Below are positions 1-7,133 of a stretch of DNA of 32,000 bases, piece by piece. The stretch spans positions 3,000,001 through 3,032,000 of the forward strand of contig NC_016803.1 in the NCBI RefSeq assembly GCF_000189295.2, read 5' to 3'. Under the pieces are notes generated by a model. The model was not told the origin of the DNA and ran no database searches. It was given only the letters and a program-made list of their open reading frames with translations. How positions within the stretch are numbered: the first letter of the stretch is position 1; each line of letters starts with the position of its first letter. The position numbers and the translations under genes are program-made. This stretch comes from Pseudodesulfovibrio mercurii. GTDB taxonomy: Bacteria > Desulfobacterota > Desulfovibrionia > Desulfovibrionales > Desulfovibrionaceae.

Positions 1-627
1 CTCATCGAGAAGGCCCAGAGCGAGATCGACGAGGAGGAGGCCAAGGCCCTGGCCGAGAAGATGGCCAAGGCCGAGTTCGATTTCGAGGACTTCCTGGGCC
101 ACATGCGCAAGCTCAAGAAGCTCGGCTCCATGGAGGGGCTGCTCAAGATGATCCCCGGCATGGGCAACATCATGAAGCAGCTGGGCGACAACGCCCTGCC
201 CGAGGACGAGATGAAGCGCACCGAGGCGATCATCTCCTCCATGACCCTGAAGGAGCGCCGCCAGCCCGAACTGCTCAAGAACGCGAGCCGCAAGGACCGC
301 ATCGCCAGGGGCTCGGGCGTGAAGATCGCCGACGTCAATGCGCTCATCAAGAATTTCAAGCAGATGAGCAAGGTCATGCAGTCCATGATGGGCGGCGGCG
401 ACGGCAAGAAGAAAAAGGGATTGTTCGGCGGACTGCCCAAGCTGCCCGGCCTGGGCGGCGGCATGCCCGACATGGGCGCGCTGGGCGGCATGCCCGGAAT
501 GCCCGGCATGCCGGGGATGCCCGGCGCGGAGGAGGAGTCCAGGCGGACCGTCTCCAAGAAGACGCTGAAAGAGCGTCAGAAGAAAAAGCTGAACAAAAAG
601 AAGAATAAGAAGAAGCGCAAAAAGTAA
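1..627 (+). CDS. ffh: Signal recognition particle protein Ffh, C-terminal (M-domain) part; the 5' end lies upstream of the window
   Basis: Frame 1 is open from nt 1 to TAA at 625-627. M-domain-like motifs are present (LGSMEGLLKMIPGMG, EAIISSMTLKERRQPELL, SRKDRIARGSG), then a Gly/Met/Pro repeat and a Lys-rich tail. It sits directly upstream of rpsP, as in the conserved ffh-rpsP-rimM-trmD-rplS cluster. Confidence 0.9.
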   Translation, partial: LIEKAQSEIDEEEAKALAEKMAKAEFDFEDFLGHMRKLKKLGSMEGLLKMIPGMGNIMKQLGDNALPEDEMKRTEAIISSMTLKERRQPELLKNASRKDRIARGSGVKIADVNALIKNFKQMSKVMQSMMGGGDGKKKKGLFGGLPKLPGLGGGMPDMGALGGMPGMPGMPGMPGAEEESRRTVSKKTLKERQKKKLNKKKNKKKRKK

Positions 628-714
628 GTGACCGGGACACAGGTCCTTCAAGCGATATAACTTGCCATAAAGTAGGCAAAAACGTATTAATCAACTATTG
701 GGAGTATAAGAACC

Positions 715-954
715 ATGGCAATGAAAATCAGACTGTCCCGTATGGGTTCCAAGAAGCGTCCCTTCTACCGCGTGGTGGCTCTCGACAGCGCCGTCCGCCG
801 CGATGGACGCCCCGTCGAATTCCTCGGGCACTACAATCCCATGGTCCAGCCGAACGAGATCTCGCTGGACATGGAGAAGATCGAGAAGTGGCTGGAAAAG
901 GGCGCGGAGCCCAGCAACACGGTTCGTTCTCTGCTCAAGAAAGCCGGCAAGTAG
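715..954 (+). CDS. rpsP: 30S ribosomal protein S16
   Basis: The 79-aa product [42 protein letters not shown] is a typical bS16 N-terminus. A GGGAG Shine-Dalgarno lies upstream. Position in the conserved operon fits. Confidence 0.95.
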   Translation: MAMKIRLSRMGSKKRPFYRVVALDSAVRRDGRPVEFLGHYNPMVQPNEISLDMEKIEKWLEKGAEPSNTVRSLLKKAGK

Positions 955-1065
955 CGCGCGCTTTTTTTGACAGGCGGGCCCGCCGGCCCGACCTGCGGGT
1001 CCGGACCACGTTTGGCAGCTCATATTCACGGCGCGCGGCGACGCGTCGGCACCGGAGGTGACGTC

Positions 1066-1299
1066 ATGTTGAAAGAGATGATTGAGTACATTGCCAAGTC
1101 CCTGGTGGACAACCCGGACGAAGTGCAAGTTTCCGAAGTCGAAGGCGAGCAGACCTCGGTTATCGAGCTGAAGGTGGCCAAGGAAGACCTCGGCAAGGTC
1201 ATCGGCAAGCAGGGTCGCACGGCCAGGGCCATGCGCACGCTGCTTGGAGCCGCCTCCACCAAGGCGCGGAAACGCTCCGTGCTGGAGATTCTCGAGTAG
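1066..1299 (+). CDS. KH-domain RNA-binding protein (UPF0109/YlqC-like)
   Basis: [20 protein letters not shown]...[16 protein letters not shown] contains the GxxG KH signature (GKQG). ATG at 1066 is preceded by GGAGGTG. The Arg/Gly/Pro-rich N-terminal extension in the ORF track (from 967) was discarded. The rpsP-KH-rimM order is conserved. Confidence 0.85.
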   Translation: MLKEMIEYIAKSLVDNPDEVQVSEVEGEQTSVIELKVAKEDLGKVIGKQGRTARAMRTLLGAASTKARKRSVLEILE

Positions 1300-1498
1300 C
1301 TTCTCCTTCGGGAACGGCTGGACATCTGCACGTCCGCGCGAGGGCCTTTCCGGCCCGAGGCGGGACGCGAACGACCATGGACCGGCGTGCGGGCAAGCCT
1401 GCGCGGCGGCCCCGGTCTTTTGCGGCAGGCGGCCATGTCCGGCTCCGGGCGGTCCGGCTGGACGGCCCGGTCCCCCAGAGCAAACGAGCGGAAAGCCC

Positions 1499-2086
1499 AT
1501 GAAGAAAGAGCCCGGTTTCATCCCCGTGGGCGGGGTGGTCAAGGCGCACGGCATTCGCGGGGAGTTCGGCATAAAAAGTTATGCGGACTCCCCGGCCCTT
1601 TTCGACCGTACGCCGCTGTTCCTGTCCGACGGCAAGGGGCGTCCCCGGCCCATCGAGGTGACCTCCTGGCGCGAGCACAAGGGGCTGGTCCTGATGACTT
1701 CGCCCCAGGTGACCGACCGCGATCAGGCCGAGGCCCTGCGCGGCCGGGAGCTGCTGGTGCGCGAGGCCGACCTGCCCGAACCGGACGAGGGCGAGCACTA
1801 CCTCTACCAGATGATCGGCTGTCGGGTGGTCCTGACCGACGGCACCGAGGTGGGCGAGCTGGTCGGGTTCTACGAGACCGGCGAGCAGGACACCTGGGTC
1901 ATCGAGAACGGCGAGGGCACCGAGATCCTCCTGCCCGCCGTGCCCGAGTTCGTCCTGGACGTGGACCTGGACACCGAGACCATCGTCGTCGAGCCGCCCG
2001 AGGGGCTGCTCGACCTCTACCTGCACCCCGAGCCGCCCAAACCGAAGAAGCGCCGCCCGCCGCGCCCGAAGAAGCCGACCGCATGA
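1499..2086 (+). CDS. rimM: 16S rRNA processing protein RimM
   Basis: MKKEPGFIPVGGVVKAHGIRGEFGIKSY is a typical RimM N-terminus (HGIRGE motif). The stop TGA overlaps the trmD ATG (ATGA at 2083-2086). The upstream part of ORF 1244..2086 is Pro/Arg/Gly junk. Confidence 0.85.
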   Translation: MKKEPGFIPVGGVVKAHGIRGEFGIKSYADSPALFDRTPLFLSDGKGRPRPIEVTSWREHKGLVLMTSPQVTDRDQAEALRGRELLVREADLPEPDEGEHYLYQMIGCRVVLTDGTEVGELVGFYETGEQDTWVIENGEGTEILLPAVPEFVLDVDLDTETIVVEPPEGLLDLYLHPEPPKPKKRRPPRPKKPTA

Positions 2087-3378
2087 ATTTCCACCTCGTC
2101 TCCATCTTCCCGCACTTCTTCGAGTCCCCCCTGGGCAGCGGGCTCATGTCCAAGGCCGTGGACACCGGCCTGGTGGGCCTGGACTTCGTGGACGTCCGGC
2201 AGTTCGCGGGCGGGGTGTACAAGTCCGTGGACGACCGCCCCTTCGGCGGCGGGCCGGGCATGCTCCTCAAGCTCGACCCCATGGTCAAGGCGCTGGACTC
2301 CATTCCGTCCAGGGGGCGCATCCTGATGCTCTCCCCGCGCGGCAAGCCGTTCACCCAGGCCCAGGCCCGGGAGCTGGCCCTGGAGGACGACGTGACCCTC
2401 ATCTGCGGCCGCTACGAGGGCATCGACGAGCGGTTGCTCGACCTCTATCCCGTCGAGCTGGTCTCGGTGGGCGATTTCGTGCTCAACGGCGGCGAGGCCG
2501 CGGCGGTCTGCCTGGTGGAGGCCGTGGCCCGGCTCCTGCCCGGCTTCATGGGCCACGAGGAATCCGGCGACGAGGAGTCCTTTTCCGCCGGACTGCTCGA
2601 ATACCCGCACTATACCCGGCCCGAGGAGTTCGACGGGCTCACTGTGCCCGAGGTCCTGCGCTCCGGAGACCACGGCAGGATCACGGCCTGGCGGCGCGAG
2701 CAGTCCCTGACCGCCACCCTGCGCGACCGGCCGGACGTCCTGCCCACGGCCCGCCTGACCGTGGAGGACATCGACTTTCTGCGCCGCTTGCCGCGCACCC
2801 GGCTGGGGCGCAACCTGTACATCGCCTTGTGTCACTACCCCGTGACCAACAAGTTCGGCGAAAAGGTGGCCGTGTCCGTGACCAACCTGGACCTGCACGA
2901 CATGGCCCGCGTGGCCCGCAGCTACGGGCTGGGCGGATTCTACGCCACCACGCCCATCGAGGACCAGAAGGCGCTGGCCGAACGGCTCCTGGGCCACTGG
3001 CGGGAGGGCGCGGGCGCGCAGGCCAATCCGGACCGGGCCGAGGCCTTTGCCAAGGTCAAGGTTTTTGACGATATCGAGGGCGCGGTTCTTGACATCGAGG
3101 CGCAAACAGGGCAACGTCCCCGCTTCGCGGCCACGTCTGCAAGATTGGATCGCCGCAAACAAGCCCAGCCCGCCCTGACCTTCGGCGATGTGCGAAGCTG
3201 GCTCGCCAACTCTCCAGTATTATTGATATTTGGTACTGGACACGGTCTGGCGGAGGAAGTCCTCTCCAAAACCGACGGCATTGTCAGGCCGCTCCGGTAT
3301 TTGGATGACTACAACCATCTGTCGGTCAGAAGCGCGGTCGCCATCATCGTCGACCGGCTCGTGGCGGATGAGTACTAG
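2083..3378 (+). CDS. trmD: tRNA (guanine37-N1)-methyltransferase TrmD fused to a second, C-terminal SPOUT-like domain (431 aa)
   Basis: The N-terminal ~225 aa ([17 protein letters not shown]...[11 protein letters not shown]...[12 protein letters not shown]...RPDVL) are canonical TrmD. One uninterrupted frame then continues ~200 aa ([44 protein letters not shown]...[10 protein letters not shown]...[16 protein letters not shown]). That part resembles the stand-alone SAM-dependent RNA methyltransferase often encoded between trmD and rplS. Confidence 0.9.
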   Translation: MNFHLVSIFPHFFESPLGSGLMSKAVDTGLVGLDFVDVRQFAGGVYKSVDDRPFGGGPGMLLKLDPMVKALDSIPSRGRILMLSPRGKPFTQAQARELALEDDVTLICGRYEGIDERLLDLYPVELVSVGDFVLNGGEAAAVCLVEAVARLLPGFMGHEESGDEESFSAGLLEYPHYTRPEEFDGLTVPEVLRSGDHGRITAWRREQSLTATLRDRPDVLPTARLTVEDIDFLRRLPRTRLGRNLYIALCHYPVTNKFGEKVAVSVTNLDLHDMARVARSYGLGGFYATTPIEDQKALAERLLGHWREGAGAQANPDRAEAFAKVKVFDDIEGAVLDIEAQTGQRPRFAATSARLDRRKQAQPALTFGDVRSWLANSPVLLIFGTGHGLAEEVLSKTDGIVRPLRYLDDYNHLSVRSAVAIIVDRLVADEY

Positions 3379-3436
3379 AGGCGGATGGCGGCTGCGGGCC
3401 GTTGGTCCAGCACTCTGCAATTTTAAGGAGAATACC

Positions 3437-3787
3437 ATGGACATCATCAAGAAAATCGAAGCCGAACACATCCGTCTGGATATCCCCGAGTTCAAGGCCG
3501 GCGACACCGTCAAGGTGCACTACCGGATCATCGAGGGCGAGAAGGAGCGCATCCAGGTCTTCCAGGGCGCTGTCCTGCGTCGCCGTCGCGGCACCACCGG
3601 CGCGTCCTTCACCGTGCGCAAGATTTCCGACGGCATCGGCGTGGAGCGCGTGTTCCCCATGAACTCCCCCTTCATCGACCGCGTGGAAGTGGTCTCCGAG
3701 GGCAAGGTTCGCCGCAGCCGCATCTACTACCTGCGCAATCTGCGCGGTAAGGCCGCCCGCATCAAGTCCAAGCAGATCTGGGAATAA
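3437..3787 (+). CDS. rplS: 50S ribosomal protein L19
   Basis: [44 protein letters not shown] is a typical bL19. AAGGAG lies 7 nt upstream of the ATG at 3437. Confidence 0.95.
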   Translation: MDIIKKIEAEHIRLDIPEFKAGDTVKVHYRIIEGEKERIQVFQGAVLRRRRGTTGASFTVRKISDGIGVERVFPMNSPFIDRVEVVSEGKVRRSRIYYLRNLRGKAARIKSKQIWE

Positions 3788-3931
3788 TTTTTCGGATAGG
3801 CGGCGATCTGCGACGCCGCTCGGCGATTTCAGACCCTTGCGTATTAAGATACGCGGCGGCCCTGAAATCCCCTCGCGTCGCCGCATCTCACCACCTCTCC
3901 AAAAAATTACAAGAAATCAGATAAAATATAT

Positions 3932-3965
3932 GCCCGGAGTGTTGAATGACACTCCGGGCTTTTCT
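3932..3965 (+). terminator. Rho-independent terminator (copy 1), downstream of rplS
   Basis: GCCCGGAGTGT-TGAATG-ACACTCCGGGC is an 11-bp stem, followed by TTTTCT. Confidence 0.8.
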
Positions 3966-4117
3966 GGTTTGGAGGGAGGATAAGCGGGCGTCTGCACCGC
4001 CGCTCGGCAAACCCGGACCCTCGCGTATTACGATACGCTTCGGCCCCCGGCTTTACCTCCCGTCGGCACAGCCACCCACTTCTCCGAAAATTTTCCAGAT
4101 GTTACATTGATATATAT

Positions 4118-4151
4118 GCCCGGAGTGTTGAATGGCACTCCGGGCTTTTCT
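4118..4151 (+). terminator. Rho-independent terminator (copy 2), ~60 nt upstream of rnhB
   Basis: Same hairpin as 3932-3965 with one A->G change next to the loop, followed by TTTTCT. Confidence 0.75.
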
Positions 4152-4210
4152 GGTTTGGGGCGGTGGATTTTCGGCGGGGTTTGGGGCACAAACGGGGCGG
4201 AGGAAAAGCG

Positions 4211-4852
4211 ATGGCGCAGGTGTTGTTGTTCGGCGGACGGAGTTTTGCGGCGACCGAGATCGCGGGCGTGGACGAGGCGGGGCGGGGGTGTCTGGCCGGG
4301 CCGGTGGTGGCCGGGGCGTGCATCCTGCCGGCGGAGTACGACCTGCCGGGGCTGGACGACTCCAAGAAGCTGACCGCCGCGAAGCGCGAGGCGCTCTATC
4401 CGCGCATCCGCGAGCAGGCCGTGGCCTGGGGGCTGGGCGTGGCCTGGCCGTGGGAGATCGACGAGATCAACATCCTGCAGGCCACGTTCCGGGCCATGAG
4501 CCGGGCCGTGTGGGCCCTGAAGGCCGAGCCGCGCTTCTTGCGCATAGACGGCGACAAGCTCATCCCCGGCCACGCGTTGCAACGCGACATCCCCCAGGAG
4601 TGCGTGGTCCAGGGCGACGGCAAGGTCCCGGCCATCTCCGCCGCCTCGGTCCTGGCCAAGACCTTCCGCGACCGGCTCATGGTTCGGCTGGCCCGCCGCT
4701 ATCCCGGCTACGGCCTGGCCAAACACATGGGCTACGGCACCGAGGCCCACGTGGCGGCCATTCGCGAACTCGGCCCCTGCCGCCTCCACCGGTTGACCTT
4801 CCGGAAGGTCCGGCCCGAGGAAAAGCCGCAGGTCCAGGGCAGCCTGTTCTAG
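4211..4852 (+). CDS. rnhB: Ribonuclease HII
   Basis: [23 protein letters not shown]...DDSKKL...[16 protein letters not shown]...GYG are RNase HII catalytic motifs. ATG at 4211 is preceded by GGAGGAAAAGCG. Confidence 0.9.
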   Translation: MAQVLLFGGRSFAATEIAGVDEAGRGCLAGPVVAGACILPAEYDLPGLDDSKKLTAAKREALYPRIREQAVAWGLGVAWPWEIDEINILQATFRAMSRAVWALKAEPRFLRIDGDKLIPGHALQRDIPQECVVQGDGKVPAISAASVLAKTFRDRLMVRLARRYPGYGLAKHMGYGTEAHVAAIRELGPCRLHRLTFRKVRPEEKPQVQGSLF

Positions 4853-4897
4853 ACTCTCCGGAGACGGCGTGAACACTCCCCTTTTTCGGCTGAAACG

Positions 4898-5446
4898 ATG
4901 AAGAAATTGTGGCTGTCCTGTGTCCTGGCGTGGGTGCTCGCCTGTTCGGCTTCTGCCGCCGACGCGGCCTCCCGGCTCGACTTCGCGCCTCCCGTGCCGG
5001 GGCAGCGGGACGTGATCGCCCGTGTCCTCGGCGATGCGTTCCTGCGGGGTGTCGGGGTGTTCCCCGCCGAGACCCTGGTCGCGGCGGTGGACCTGAACGG
5101 CGACCGGAGCGAGGACATGGTGGCCGTGCAAAAGGGGTTTTGCAGCAACCACGCCTGCACCTTCCATTTCCTGGTGCACGAACCCTCCGGCGAATGGCGC
5201 GAGGCGGCGGCCGTGGAAAGCTGGGCGATCCCCTGCGTGCTCGACGGGGCGGGGGCGACCATGCGCGACCTGGTGATCTTCGACCACCTCACCGACGATT
5301 GCCTGTCCTGCTCGCCGCCCAAGCCGGTCCGTCTGGCCTGGCGGCAAAGGGCCGGTGCGGCCGGGGGCTATGCGGCAATCGGGCCGGTGCCGAAGGACGA
5401 GGCGACGGTCTTTGCGCCGAGCTGGTGCTGGAGCGGACAAAAATAA
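4898..5446 (+). CDS. Hypothetical secreted protein (N-terminal signal peptide; one DxNGDxxxD FG-GAP-like motif)
   Basis: MKKLWLSCVLAWVLACSASAADA is a signal peptide (ASA-AD cleavage site, or a VLAC lipobox). VDLNGDRSEDMV motif present. Codon third-position GC bias is consistent with coding. No family recognised. Confidence 0.55.
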   Translation: MKKLWLSCVLAWVLACSASAADAASRLDFAPPVPGQRDVIARVLGDAFLRGVGVFPAETLVAAVDLNGDRSEDMVAVQKGFCSNHACTFHFLVHEPSGEWREAAAVESWAIPCVLDGAGATMRDLVIFDHLTDDCLSCSPPKPVRLAWRQRAGAAGGYAAIGPVPKDEATVFAPSWCWSGQK

Positions 5447-5531
5447 TCCGTTCCCGTCCGTCCCCCCTGTATGGGACTGGCTCCCGGCGGACTCGTGACG
5501 GTTGCCGTTGCCTGCCTCCGGGCCGCGAATC

Positions 5532-5576
5532 GTTGTCGTGAACCCGTTGTCATGAACCCGAAGTCGTGAACCGTGA
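5532..5576 (+). repeat. Three head-to-tail copies of a 14-nt motif, GTTGTC(G/A)TGAACCC
   Basis: GTTGTCGTGAACCC (5532-5545), GTTGTCATGAACCC (5546-5559), GAAGTCGTGAACC (5560-5572), then a partial GTGAAGCC. They lie 25-70 nt upstream of the ATG at 5600. Confidence 0.7.
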
Positions 5577-5599
5577 AGCCGCCGTGCGGAGGGCTTGCC

Positions 5600-6055
5600 A
5601 TGATATCCGTTGCTTTCTTGCGGACGCTGTCCGACAAACCGGCCCGGACCGTCCGCCCGGGCCTGCCGATGTTGGTGTTGTGCCTCCTGTCCGTGGTCGC
5701 GGGGTGCGTCCCGTCCCAGGTGCGCCACCGTCAGGAGCTGGTCAGCCGGGATTACAGCTACATCGACTTCACGCAAAACGCCGCGCCCCTGACCATCGTC
5801 GCCGACGTCGGGGGCGAGCACATGACCTATTACAAGGTCCTGGCATTCCAGGGGGACAGGTTCCGCATCACCGTTGCCGACCTGGACGGGGAGACGTCAA
5901 CGGTCATCTCGGGCGACGGCATCCGCATACGCAAGGGGCCGGATGCGACGGTGTTTCAGCGTCTGGTGGAGGTGGAGGCCCTGGACACCCTGTTTTCCGT
6001 CGAGCTGGACGCCCACCCCTATGGCCGGTATCGGCTGATCATAGAGAAATTGTAG
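5600..6055 (+). CDS. Hypothetical lipoprotein
   Basis: Lipobox LLSVVAGC follows a hydrophobic stretch. ATG at 5600 is preceded by GGAGGG at 7-nt spacing. Alternative starts are 5573 and 5669. No family recognised. Confidence 0.55.
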   Translation: MISVAFLRTLSDKPARTVRPGLPMLVLCLLSVVAGCVPSQVRHRQELVSRDYSYIDFTQNAAPLTIVADVGGEHMTYYKVLAFQGDRFRITVADLDGETSTVISGDGIRIRKGPDATVFQRLVEVEALDTLFSVELDAHPYGRYRLIIEKL

Positions 6056-6119
6056 GATCGCCGGGCGGCGGCGGAAGGGCGACGTTCATCGACGGTGCGG
6101 GCCGGTCCGGTCGGAAGGC

Positions 6120-6602
6120 TCAGTAGTCGATCACGACGATTTCCGCGCCCTCGTCCCGGATTCGTATGCGGTTGTTCCCGAAGATCCACTCCGGGCCGTA
6201 GTCGTTCCGGCAGGATTTGCGGCTATAGGGATAGTGGCCGAGGATGGCCTTGTCGCGGGCGTCGTAGACCAGGGCGTAGAAGACGTCCACCAGCTCGCTG
6301 GTGCCGGGCTGTCCCGCATAATAGACGATGAGGTAAATCCCCCGTTTCCCGTCGACCGTGACCACGTCGCTGATCCAGGGGCGCTCGCCGGCTATGGGGC
6401 CGGCCAGGAACATCTCCTGGCGCAATGCGGAATGGTCCTTGTTGACCAGCCAGTATGCGGGCCAGTCGTCGCCCGGCACCGCCTCGACCCGCCATTGCGC
6501 CCGGATCGCCTGCGCACCGTCGGCCGCCGACGCCGGGCCGCAGCCCGCGAGCACGACGAGGACAACGGCCGCACAGGCCAACTTCACGGACAATCGCCTC
6601 AT
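6120..6602 (-). CDS. Hypothetical lipoprotein
   Basis: MRRLSVKLACAAVVLVVLAGCGP is a signal peptide with the LAGC lipobox. The remaining ~135 aa have ordinary composition. No family recognised. Confidence 0.6.
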   Translation of the reverse strand: MRRLSVKLACAAVVLVVLAGCGPASAADGAQAIRAQWRVEAVPGDDWPAYWLVNKDHSALRQEMFLAGPIAGERPWISDVVTVDGKRGIYLIVYYAGQPGTSELVDVFYALVYDARDKAILGHYPYSRKSCRNDYGPEWIFGNNRIRIRDEGAEIVVIDY

Positions 6603-6652
6603 GGCAGCTCCTTGCGTATTGGGGTCGCCCGTCCCCGCCCGGAGGACGTCCG

Positions 6653-7129
6653 CTAGTAGGACGCCAGCTGCCGCTGGGTGTCGCGCGCGATGTCGCGGTC
6701 CTTCAGGTCCTGCTTCTTGGAGTGGACGTTCTTGCCGCGTCCCAGGCCGAGCTGGACCTTCACCTTGCCCCGGCTGAAGTACATCTTCATGGGCACCACG
6801 GTCAGGCCCTTCTGTTCGGTCTTGGCCTGGAGCACGCTGATCTCGTGCTTGTGCAGGAGCAGCCGCCGGGCGCGTTCCGGGTCGTGCTGGTCGTAGGTTC
6901 CGGTCTTCTCGTAGGGCGCGATGTGCACGCCCACCAGGAAGGCCGAGCCCTGGCGGAAGGAGACGTAGCCGTCCTTGAACGAGACCTGGCCCCCGCGCAG
7001 GGACTTGACCTCGGAGCCCACCAGGGAGATGCCCGCCTCGAAGGTCTCGAGGATCTCGTAGAGGCGGCGGGCCTGCTTGTTGACCGCGATGGTGTCGGGC
7101 GAAAGGGTCTTGTTTTTTTTCTTGGCCAT
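6653..7129 (-). CDS. smpB: SsrA-binding protein SmpB
   Basis: [32 protein letters not shown]...LLLHKHEI...[11 protein letters not shown]...[10 protein letters not shown] are canonical SmpB motifs. Confidence 0.95.
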   Translation of the reverse strand: MAKKKNKTLSPDTIAVNKQARRLYEILETFEAGISLVGSEVKSLRGGQVSFKDGYVSFRQGSAFLVGVHIAPYEKTGTYDQHDPERARRLLLHKHEISVLQAKTEQKGLTVVPMKMYFSRGKVKVQLGLGRGKNVHSKKQDLKDRDIARDTQRQLASY

Positions 7130-7133
7130 GATG

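Larger units (their letters stand above)
3794..4158 (+). repeat. Tandem direct duplication of a ~185-nt noncoding module (copy 1 3794-3972, copy 2 3978-4158), each ending in an intrinsic terminator
   Basis: By-eye alignment gives a register offset of 184 nt at the 5' ends and 186 nt at the 3' ends. The last ~47 nt are identical except one base. The 5' halves have diverged but keep a nested hairpin architecture (see findings). Confidence 0.85.

Noticed and set aside
952-968. GCGCGCGC palindrome followed by T7 just after rpsP, as an intrinsic terminator
   Set aside because: The self-complementary octamer can only form a 3-bp stem with a 2-nt loop, too weak to call a terminator. At most it is a pause or attenuation site within the operon.
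1387-2082. N-terminal 232 codons of the 663-aa ORF that contains trmD
   Set aside because: This part is out of frame with, and overlaps, the well-supported rimM. TrmD homology begins at the ATG at 2083, which forms the ATGA overlap.
3930-3983. 17-codon [20 protein letters not shown] inside repeat copy 1 (its counterpart starts at 4116 in copy 2); also the minus-strand ORF starting at 3886 with a GGAGAGG upstream
   Set aside because: The plus-strand ORF has no Shine-Dalgarno. It lies across the terminator hairpin, and its C-termini differ completely between copies. The minus-strand ATG and frame are not conserved in copy 2, and that ORF would run antisense through rplS.
4028-5821. 597-aa minus-strand ORF spanning rnhB and the secreted-protein genes
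   Set aside because: It overlaps RNase HII on the other strand and runs through the noncoding repeat. Arg/Gly/Pro-rich shadow.
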